From NCBI GenBank assembly GCA_963727445.1, contig CAVSGI010000013.1, positions 145,316 to 209,315 of the forward strand: 64,000 nucleotides of DNA, given 5' to 3'. The notes under the pieces were generated by a model, which saw only the letters and a program-made list of their open reading frames with translations, had not been told where the DNA came from and made no database searches. The position numbers were made by a program, and so were the translations under genes. Source of the DNA: an uncultured delta proteobacterium. Lineage in GTDB: Bacteria; Myxococcota_A; Polyangia; Polyangiales; B10-G4. Positions 56,989-64,000 of the stretch are shown in pieces; position 1 is the stretch's first letter, and each line of letters begins with the position of its first letter.

Positions 56989-58308
56989 TCAGGGCACTAC
57001 GGTGATCACGTCGTGCATCCCAGCGCCGGCGTGGCCAGTGGTCAGGTCCGGAGCCCCATTGGGTGCATGTGTGACGCCGATCGCACAATAGATCTCGTAC
57101 TCGCGTGCGACGGTGGGGACCGCGAGGAGCTGCAAGCGCTCCCCCGGCGCGATGACCGCCCCTCCGAAATACGGGGCTCGCACCTCGACGTCCGCGTCGA
57201 TCGCCGCCCGCATCACCGAGTCGGTGAACATGCCGAGGGCCGTGAAGTCGTGACGGAAGCGATTGGTCGGCTCGTTCTGCAGCTCGATGACATAGCCCAC
57301 GTCCCTGGTGAAGGTCCGCGTGGTCCAGTTGAAGGTGAAGCGGCTCTCCCCCGTCATGGGGTCGAGTCCCTCCTGTGCGACCACGCCGACCAAGACGGAG
57401 GACGCCATGTCCCAGACGGGATCCGATGCGTATCGACGGGGATCCGTGTCCAGCGCGGCGGGGCGATCGGGATCCTCCCCCTGGAACACGGTGAGGTCGT
57501 CGCTCCCCGCGCTGACGGTGATGGTCAGCATCATCCCCTTGCCGGCGTCACCGGTCGCGAAGTCCGGTGTGACGCTGCCGTCGAGGATCTCCGCATAGCG
57601 GTCGCCATCGGTGACCCCCACCGAAGACCACGCCGTGAACGTGCCGGACTCGATGGGCACGAAACGGATGGAGGCCCTGTGCTCGGTGGCCGCATCGAAA
57701 CGCGGCGCGACCGCGTCGATGGTCGGGCCCTCGTAGGCGCCCGAGTTGGTGAGGACGTCGCGATAGGCGATGGCGCGGAAGAACGCGGGTGCCGTCAGGT
57801 CGTGGGCCGCCGTGGCCGTTCCGTCGCCGGGCGACACGACGTGAAGGGTCACTGGAACGGCGGGCTCGAAGGTGAGGTCCGCCGGCGCTCCGGTCTCGTC
57901 GGTCACCTCGAAGGTGCTCGTCGACGCATCCGGATCGCGGAAGGTGACGGTCCTCTCCACGGCGTATTCGTCCCAGTCGTCGCGCCAGTAGGCCCAAGCC
58001 GCCGCACCGTCGCAGCGAAGCGCACGACAGGCAGCGTCGATCATCCCTTCGGGCGTGGGCAAAACGATCATCCCGGTGTCGATGGGCGGAGTCGTATCCG
58101 CCGCGTCGGGGGCGGCGTCCGGCATCGCCTCGGGCGCGGTATCGGCCGGGCCACTGTCCACCACGGCGTCCATCCCGCTGTCGACCGGACCGGTATCCGG
58201 AGGGGGCGGGGCGTCGTAGTCGAAGCACTTGGGCGCGACGAGGAGTGGCGTCACGGCGAGCACGACCGTGACGAGAGCCAAGCCAGAGGGCGCGCGACCA
58301 GTGGACAC
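56989..58308 (-). CDS. Secreted cupredoxin-like protein (C-terminal type-1 copper site) with PLLVAPKCFDYD leader
   Basis: The leader LAVTPLLVAPKCFDYD is near-identical to that of the cupredoxin at 25821. The C-terminal YEIYCAIGVTH...GM has a Cys/His/Met spacing consistent with a blue-copper site. Confidence 0.6.
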   Translation of the reverse strand: MSTGRAPSGLALVTVVLAVTPLLVAPKCFDYDAPPPPDTGPVDSGMDAVVDSGPADTAPEAMPDAAPDAADTTPPIDTGMIVLPTPEGMIDAACRALRCDGAAAWAYWRDDWDEYAVERTVTFRDPDASTSTFEVTDETGAPADLTFEPAVPVTLHVVSPGDGTATAAHDLTAPAFFRAIAYRDVLTNSGAYEGPTIDAVAPRFDAATEHRASIRFVPIESGTFTAWSSVGVTDGDRYAEILDGSVTPDFATGDAGKGMMLTITVSAGSDDLTVFQGEDPDRPAALDTDPRRYASDPVWDMASSVLVGVVAQEGLDPMTGESRFTFNWTTRTFTRDVGYVIELQNEPTNRFRHDFTALGMFTDSVMRAAIDADVEVRAPYFGGAVIAPGERLQLLAVPTVAREYEIYCAIGVTHAPNGAPDLTTGHAGAGMHDVITVVP

Positions 58309-58428
58309 GTGGGAAATCTAGACGCCGGGCCCCCAGCTCACAAGCCGGCACTGGGTCGGAGGCCGTCCACTTCGAGCGTGCTCGCCCGACTTGCCCACGC
58401 AGCAACCTCCCGGGTACCGTCTCCGTCG

Positions 58429-58794
58429 ATGCCATCCATCCTCATCGTCGACGACTCGGCCATCGTTCGTACCCAGGTTCGCAAATGCCTCGAGGACTCC
58501 GGATACGAGATCACCGAAGCGCCCGACGGCCGCGCCGCACTGGCCACCGCCTCCGCGGGTAAGTTCGATCTCGTGGTCACCGACCTGCACATGCCCGGGA
58601 TGGATGGTCTTTCGCTGGTGGAAGAGCTTCGCGGCAGGGACGCGTACGCGAAGATCCCGATCTTCGTGCTCACCACCGAGACCGACACCGACGTGATCAG
58701 CAAGGGGCGCGAGATCGGCGTGACGGCATGGGTCACCAAGCCCGTGCAGCCCGATGTGCTGCTCAACGGCGTGCGCCTGGTCCTTCCGGCCTGA
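58429..58794 (+). CDS. Single-domain CheY-like response regulator
   Basis: ATG at 58429 (the tool ORF's upstream extension was rejected). LIVDDS...[14 protein letters not shown]...TKP receiver motifs. 121 aa. Confidence 0.8.
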   Translation: MPSILIVDDSAIVRTQVRKCLEDSGYEITEAPDGRAALATASAGKFDLVVTDLHMPGMDGLSLVEELRGRDAYAKIPIFVLTTETDTDVISKGREIGVTAWVTKPVQPDVLLNGVRLVLPA

Positions 58795-58797
58795 TCC

Positions 58798-60303
58798 TCA
58801 GCCTTCGGGCGATACCGGCGGCGGCCGCATGGTCCCGAGCTCGCGCTGGTTCGGAAGCGTGACGGTGAAGGTCGAGCCCTTGCCGAGCTCGCTCTCCACC
58901 TCGATGGTTCCGCCGAGCATGTCGCAGAAGCGCCGACAGAGGGCGAGGCCCAGGCCGGTCCCACCGAAGCGGCGCGTGATCGATGCCTCCGCCTGCACGA
59001 AGGGCTGAAAGAGCCGCTGCCGCTGCTCCTCGTTCATGCCGATCCCGGTGTCCTCGACCTCGAAGACCATCCAGGTGTTGTCGCCGCGCAGCTCGCTGCG
59101 CACGCGCACCACCACCTCGCCCGACTCGGTGAACTTGTTCGCGTTGGACAGGAGGTTCATCAGCGTCTGGCGAACCTTCGTGAGGTCGGAGGTCATCACC
59201 GTCGGGTCGTTGACGTACTCGATGCGCAGGGCGTTGCCCGCCTCGTCGAAGAGGCTCTGCACGGTCGCCGCCACCGCGGTGACCATGCCTTTGACGTCGA
59301 AGAGCTCGAAGTAGAGGTCCATCTTTCCCGCTTCGATCTTCGAGATGTCGAGGACGTCGTTGATGAGCGAGAGCAGATGCCTTCCGGCGTCGGAGATGCG
59401 CTTGAGGTCCGAGGAGAAGGTCCCGTCGAGGGCGAGGTCCTCGGCCTCCTCCATCAAGAGCTCGCTGTAGCCGAGGATCGCATTGAGGGGCGTTCGCAGC
59501 TCGTGGCTCATGTTCGCGAGGAACTGGCTCTTGGCGTGGTTTGCGGTGTTGGCCTCGTCGCGGGCGCGCTGCAGCTCCTCGTTGGTCTGCTTGAGCCGAC
59601 GCTCGGCCAGGAGGCGATCGGTGATGTCGCGCTTGACGCCGACGCAGTAGCGGAGCTCGCCTTCGGAATCGAGGACCGGCGAGTAGGTCGCCTCGAGCTC
59701 GAGGGTGTCGCCCGCTTTCGACCTCGCCTTGAGCATGCCGCTCCACACCTGACCGGCGGCGAGGGCCTGCTCGATCTGCGCGAAGTAGAAGATGTCCATC
59801 AGCCCGTCGCGGATCAGCGAGGCGGGCGGCTGCCCCAGCACTTCCTCCGGGGAGTAGCCGAGGGTCTCCGTGAACGCAGGGTTGATGTAGAGCGGGACCA
59901 GCGAACGATCGCTGATCTCGATGATGTCGCCGGCCGACTCCACGGCCTTGGCCAAGAGATCCTCGCGACGCACCAGGCCCGCGTGATTGACCGCATGCCC
60001 GATGTGCCGCATCAGGTCGCCACTCGAGACCGGCATCAACAGGAGCTGGGAGACCAACGCCGGGACGGTGGCGTCACTGTGGCGCGGCATCGTTCCGACG
60101 ATGACGGTCTTGGGGTGCGCGAGGACGAACGCCTCGAGATGGACGCCGAGCTCGGGCGAGGCCACGTCGACCACCAGAACCGCGGGCGCCTTGTCGGGGA
60201 TGTAGCCCGGCTTCTCGAGGGTGACCGGATGTCCAGCGCCGCCCACCTCTTCCGAGAGCTCTTGGAGTCCATCCCCCTCGGTTGCCCAGAACGCGACCCT
60301 CAT
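58798..60303 (-). CDS. Cytoplasmic sensor histidine kinase: receiver-like N-terminus, PAS, HisKA, HATPase
   Basis: ATG at 60303 ([10 protein letters not shown]). PAS segment ([21 protein letters not shown]). H-box [17 protein letters not shown]1 and G2 boxes ([24 protein letters not shown]). The tool ORF's Arg-rich extension to 61836 was rejected. Confidence 0.8.
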   Translation of the reverse strand: MRVAFWATEGDGLQELSEEVGGAGHPVTLEKPGYIPDKAPAVLVVDVASPELGVHLEAFVLAHPKTVIVGTMPRHSDATVPALVSQLLLMPVSSGDLMRHIGHAVNHAGLVRREDLLAKAVESAGDIIEISDRSLVPLYINPAFTETLGYSPEEVLGQPPASLIRDGLMDIFYFAQIEQALAAGQVWSGMLKARSKAGDTLELEATYSPVLDSEGELRYCVGVKRDITDRLLAERRLKQTNEELQRARDEANTANHAKSQFLANMSHELRTPLNAILGYSELLMEEAEDLALDGTFSSDLKRISDAGRHLLSLINDVLDISKIEAGKMDLYFELFDVKGMVTAVAATVQSLFDEAGNALRIEYVNDPTVMTSDLTKVRQTLMNLLSNANKFTESGEVVVRVRSELRGDNTWMVFEVEDTGIGMNEEQRQRLFQPFVQAEASITRRFGGTGLGLALCRRFCDMLGGTIEVESELGKGSTFTVTLPNQRELGTMRPPPVSPEG

Positions 60304-60453
60304 CTCCGCCGGCCAGTCTACGCCACGTCGGCCCCGAAGGAAGTTCAGGAAGCAGGCACTGGCTCCAAATTCCTCGGGAATGTTCGAGGTTGGCCACCCG
60401 CCAGCCGCGGTTTCGGGGGCAATTGCAGACGTTGGAGGCTCTGGTGATCTACA

Positions 60454-61335
60454 ATGTGGACGTTGGCTGAGCAGCAGAAGCCCCTCCACCGCCGCCGGCA
60501 TGCGGTCCTGATCGAGCTCGCTGGTTCCGAGGTCGTACAGCCCATCGCCGCGGACGTCTTCGATCGCGTCACGGTCACCGATCCGGTGAACGCGATCGAA
60601 GCGATCAGCGATGACGCGGGCGTGAGCGTCGTGCTGATCGATGACAGCGCGGGCACTGGCGCCGGCCCGCTCCTCGACGAGCTGGGCGAAGCAGAGCCGA
60701 GCCTGCCCATCGTGCTGGTGTCGGCGAAGCCCGATGAGCGCGCGCGCATGACCCTGCCGCCGGATCTGGACGGCAAGGCGCTGCGCAACGCGATGAGCAG
60801 CCTCGGCGAGGTCCAGACTTATTCGCCCGCGCTGGTGGATGCCTTCACCGACGCGGTGGTCGGAAGCCTGCACGACGGGTTCATCGAAAGCGCCCAGGTC
60901 ACCGGCGCGTTCTACAAGGCCAATCGACGGCAGCTGGCCGATGTGAACGCGCTCCTCCACTTCGAAGGTGGCGCGTTCTCCGGCTGGGTGGTGATCGCCG
61001 CGAGCGGCGACACGCTGCAGGCCATCTACGCCTCGATGTTCGACGGCGCCGAGGCCGAAAAGAGAGACCTCGAAGATCTCGCAGGCGAGATCGCGAATCA
61101 CGTGGTGGCGCGGCTCCGCCGATGGCTGCCCGACTCCCGGCCGCGCATCGTGAGCGTGCCCGAGATCCTGCGTGGAAAGGCCGAGCTGATACGCAAGACG
61201 CGCGCGCGGCATTCGCTCGCGCTCGAGCTCACCACGGAGCACGCGCCGATGTTCGCGCAGCTGCACTTCGCGTCCGACCTCCCGATCGAGATCGCCGGCG
61301 AGCCGACGCAGCACCAGGCCTTTCAGATGTTCTGA
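60454..61335 (+). CDS. Receiver-like domain fused to CheX/CheC-family phosphatase domain (paralogue of the gene at 56041..56952)
   Basis: Same architecture as the gene at 56041..56952. CheC/CheX motif DLAGEIAN (DxxxExxN). Balanced amino-acid composition, in contrast to the overlapping antisense ORF. Confidence 0.6.
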   Translation: MWTLAEQQKPLHRRRHAVLIELAGSEVVQPIAADVFDRVTVTDPVNAIEAISDDAGVSVVLIDDSAGTGAGPLLDELGEAEPSLPIVLVSAKPDERARMTLPPDLDGKALRNAMSSLGEVQTYSPALVDAFTDAVVGSLHDGFIESAQVTGAFYKANRRQLADVNALLHFEGGAFSGWVVIAASGDTLQAIYASMFDGAEAEKRDLEDLAGEIANHVVARLRRWLPDSRPRIVSVPEILRGKAELIRKTRARHSLALELTTEHAPMFAQLHFASDLPIEIAGEPTQHQAFQMF

Positions 61336-61949
61336 GGGGGCTTGGGCGCGACCGCGCGCTTGACGTATATCGCGACCGTCAGGACCCCGGCAGGGACGCA
61401 CGAGAGCGCCAGGGCCTCGAAGGCTTCCGGGTAGAGCAGGACCGAGGCCACGGCGGCGAACTGCAAGACCGTGTTCACCTTCCCCGCGATCCCGGCGGTG
61501 AAGTCGTGCCCGCGCTTCCACGGACCGTCGACGGAGGCGAAGACGATCATGGCCGGCGCCAGAAGGATCTCCCGGGTGGCGACGGAGACCACCAGGGGAA
61601 GTGGCGGGTGGTAGGCGACCGCCAGCGCCACCAGCACCGAGGTCACGAAGATCTTGTCGCAGAGCGGGTCGAGGAAGGCGCCGAGACCGCTGCCGGCGGC
61701 GAAGCTGCCGGGGTGATGACTCGTCTCCCAGCGATGCTGGCGGATGCGCCGCGCCACCCATCCGTCGAGCATGTCGGAGAGGGCGGCCGCGGCGAGGATG
61801 GTGAGCATCCAGGCGGCAGAGCCGGGGGCGAGCCACAGAAGGGCCGCGAGGGGAAGGCGCAGCAGTGTCACGAGGTTGGGCAGAGCCCGCAGCGCAGGGG
61901 AAACCCGTCCTTCATCGGGGAGGGGTTGCTCCACACCGTCGGCCGCCAT
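61323..61949 (-). CDS. CDP-alcohol phosphatidyltransferase (PgsA-like)
   Basis: D-x2-DG-x2-AR...G-x3-D-x3-D motif (DMLDGWVARR...GAFLDPLCDK). ATG start at about 61949 (MAADGVEQ). The tool's GTG start at 62105 overlaps the kinase gene in another frame. Confidence 0.65.
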   Translation of the reverse strand: MAADGVEQPLPDEGRVSPALRALPNLVTLLRLPLAALLWLAPGSAAWMLTILAAAALSDMLDGWVARRIRQHRWETSHHPGSFAAGSGLGAFLDPLCDKIFVTSVLVALAVAYHPPLPLVVSVATREILLAPAMIVFASVDGPWKRGHDFTAGIAGKVNTVLQFAAVASVLLYPEAFEALALSCVPAGVLTVAIYVKRAVAPKPPQNI

Positions 61950-61989
61950 GCGCTCAACATGGGTCTCGGTCGGGGGTCCTGCACGCGGC

Positions 61990-62847
61990 TCAGGCCACGG
62001 CCGCCAGAACGAAGGCCTCACTGAGCGCCCGCGCCGAGGCGTAGCGGGCGTCGATGTCCCGCGAGAACGCACGCTCCACCACACGCGCCACCGCAGCCGG
62101 CACACGGGCGGCGACTTCGCGGAGGGGTGGAAAGGCGCCTGCCAGAACGGCCTCGTAGATGTGACGCTCCGGCGTCCCGATGAAGGGGCGCTTGCCGCTG
62201 AGCGCCTCGTAGAGGGTGACGCCTGTCGCGTAGACGTCGAGGCGGGGGTCGAGGCCGCGCCCCCTGAGCTGCTCGGGGGACATGTAGGGCGCCGTCCCCA
62301 CCGAGACAGCGCTGGTGGTGATGCCTTCGAGGCCGTCGATCTTCGCGATGCCGAAGTCGACGAGCTTCACGACGTCGGCTGGATCGTCGGTTCGCGGGAG
62401 GAACACGTTCGAAGGTTTGACGTCGCGATGAACGATGCCCAGGGCGTGGATGGCCATGAGCGCGTCGCAGAGCCCTTCCACGATGGGCACCAGCGCGACG
62501 GGTGCGAGCGGTCCGTCGGCGTCGATGCGCTGCGCCAGGGTCTGACCCTCGAGGAGCTCCATCGCCAAGAAGAGCGTCCCGTCGTCGAGGGGACCCGCAT
62601 CCTCGACGCCGATCACGCCTGGGTGTTCGATCGCGGAGAGCGCCATCGCCTCGCGCCGAAAACGCTCGACCAACACCGGGTCGAGCGACGCCTTGCTGCG
62701 TAGCAGCTTGAGCGCGACCCGTCGCCCGTCGCGCTCTTCGTCCACCGCCGCGAGGACGTTCCCGGCGCCGCCGCGGCCGAGGAAACCTTCCACGCGGAAG
62801 CGCCCGCCGATGCGCTGTCCGGGGATGAAGAGCGAGGTACGTTCCAT
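61990..62847 (-). CDS. Ser/Thr protein kinase (kinase domain only)
   Basis: ATG at 62847 (MERTSLF). GRGGAGNV, ALKLL, HRDVKPSNVFL, DFGIAK, PYMSPEQ motifs. Confidence 0.8.
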   Translation of the reverse strand: MERTSLFIPGQRIGGRFRVEGFLGRGGAGNVLAAVDEERDGRRVALKLLRSKASLDPVLVERFRREAMALSAIEHPGVIGVEDAGPLDDGTLFLAMELLEGQTLAQRIDADGPLAPVALVPIVEGLCDALMAIHALGIVHRDVKPSNVFLPRTDDPADVVKLVDFGIAKIDGLEGITTSAVSVGTAPYMSPEQLRGRGLDPRLDVYATGVTLYEALSGKRPFIGTPERHIYEAVLAGAFPPLREVAARVPAAVARVVERAFSRDIDARYASARALSEAFVLAAVA

Positions 62848-62905
62848 CGGCACACCATGTTCGCACCTCGCGTCGGGAACGCACGGATTGTATGCTCTTT
62901 CATCC

Positions 62906-63988
62906 ATGCTTCGCTCCCTTCTCCTCCCTGGACTGGTACTCGCACTCACGTGCTCTTGTCAGGGAGGTGAGGGCACGATGGTCTTCGTGGATCTCCAGAC
63001 CGGCTACGTTCCCGGCGAGGATTTCGACGAAGTCGTCACGCAACTCGTGGAAGCCGGATCCACGGCGGAGGTCCCCTCCACCCACACCGCTCGGGCGGGA
63101 GAGTCCTTTCTCGAGGGGGGCCGTGTGGCCGAGTTTCGCGACATCACGCCCGGACCTACGTCCGTGCGGGTCCAATTGCGGCGAGCCACCGGCGAGCGCA
63201 TCGCCGAGCGCTCGGTGCGCTTCGAGGTCAGCGACAGTCGCGGAATCACCGTGCTGATCGCTCGCTCGTGCGAAGGAGTCACCTGCCCCGGCGCCACGGA
63301 CGGGGCCGAGGCGACGGAGTGCCTCGCCGGCACCTGTGTCACGCCCGACTGCGTCACCCCGGACGACGACGCTTGTGGTCCCATCGCGTGCACGACGGAT
63401 GAGGAGTGCACCCAGGGATGCCTGCGCGGAGCCTGCGCATCCGGCGCCTGCCTCACGCAACCGGACGACGCGCTTTGCTCCGGCGACAGCTGCCAGCCCG
63501 ACGGCGCCTGTGGGCCCGCTTCGAGCGACGCAGGGATGGATGCGGGGGACGCGACGATGGACGCCGGCGTCGACGCGGCGGACGCACGCTTGGACGGGGG
63601 CGATACCGGCGTAGACGCGACGGCTGACGGCGGGGACGCCGGGGGATGTGTTTCCACGTGCGCGTCGCCAGATCTGTGCTGCGCCGGCGCATGCGTGCCC
63701 AGCGACTCCACGAACTGCGGCGCCTGTGGCGTGACGTGCAGCCCCTCCGACGTTTGCTGCGCAGGTGGCTGCTTCGATCTGATGAACGACAACGAGCACT
63801 GCGGGGACTGCTCTACGGCCTGCCCTCCGGCGCAGCATTGCTCGGGCGGGAGCTGCTGCCCCACCGGGCTGACGGGCTGCGCCGGGACTTGCGTCGACAC
63901 GATGTCCGACGACGACAACTGCGGGACCTGTGGAGACGTCTGCTCCGGCTTGACGATGTGCCGCGATGGCGCCTGTAGCTTGCTGTAG
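62906..63988 (+). CDS. Cys-rich repeat lipoprotein (CGxCGxxC modules) with acidic DAG linker
   Basis: ATG at 62906 gives MLRSLLLPGLVLALTCSC (lipobox). The repeated NCGACG/NCGTCG modules are the same family as the gene at 41002..42126. Stop at 63986-63988. Confidence 0.6.
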   Translation: MLRSLLLPGLVLALTCSCQGGEGTMVFVDLQTGYVPGEDFDEVVTQLVEAGSTAEVPSTHTARAGESFLEGGRVAEFRDITPGPTSVRVQLRRATGERIAERSVRFEVSDSRGITVLIARSCEGVTCPGATDGAEATECLAGTCVTPDCVTPDDDACGPIACTTDEECTQGCLRGACASGACLTQPDDALCSGDSCQPDGACGPASSDAGMDAGDATMDAGVDAADARLDGGDTGVDATADGGDAGGCVSTCASPDLCCAGACVPSDSTNCGACGVTCSPSDVCCAGGCFDLMNDNEHCGDCSTACPPAQHCSGGSCCPTGLTGCAGTCVDTMSDDDNCGTCGDVCSGLTMCRDGACSLL

Positions 63989-64000
63989 GTGTGTTCGAAC

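Noticed and set aside
57013-58428. Upstream 472 aa of the CheY ORF 57013..58794
   Set aside because: Antisense to the cupredoxin-like gene and R/G/D-rich. The real CheY starts at the ATG at 58429 with a typical [11 protein letters not shown]-terminus.
60304-61836. N-terminal 511 aa of the 1012-aa ORF 58798..61836
   Set aside because: Arg-rich nonsense overlapping the protein-like + strand gene 60454..61335. The kinase begins at 60303.

Overview
The window is high-GC (about 70%), densely coding chromosomal DNA. Its gene content and Asp/Gly-rich acidic lipoprotein linkers suggest a myxobacterium (inference only). I can support about 50 CDS and one tRNA-Met (CAT) with a canonical sigma70 promoter and a downstream hairpin. 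I see no transposase, integrase, rRNA or CRISPR array. The provided ORF track uses GTG/TTG starts shown as M and contains many long Arg/Ala/Gly/Pro-rich shadow ORFs typical of wrong-frame translation of high-GC DNA; I discarded those that overlap ORFs with recognisable domain architecture. Recognisable content:
- a GH15 glycoside hydrolase (5' partial) and a giant Ser/Thr kinase-AAA-TPR regulator;
- a GGDEF diguanylate cyclase, an ECF sigma / NrsF-like anti-sigma pair, an aldehyde dehydrogenase, a flavin monooxygenase and a metallophosphoesterase;
- a triple-receiver class III nucleotidyl cyclase whose stop overlaps the start of an orphan CheB;
- an RND efflux pump (adaptor plus permease) followed by an unusual CxxCH-bearing putative outer-membrane protein;
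- a membrane CheA-like kinase that lacks P2 and P5;
- a MacAB/LolCDE-like ABC exporter;
- many Cys-rich, RCC1-repeat and beta-helix lipoproteins.
The most interesting findings are two separate periplasmic electron-transfer modules, each combining c-type cytochromes with a cupredoxin-like protein. The two cupredoxin-like proteins share an unusual leader, PLLVAPKCFDYD. The second module sits inside a signalling cluster containing a PAS histidine kinase, a CheY-like regulator and two paralogous receiver-like/CheX-like phosphatase genes. Several start codons are uncertain and are flagged in the feature evidence.
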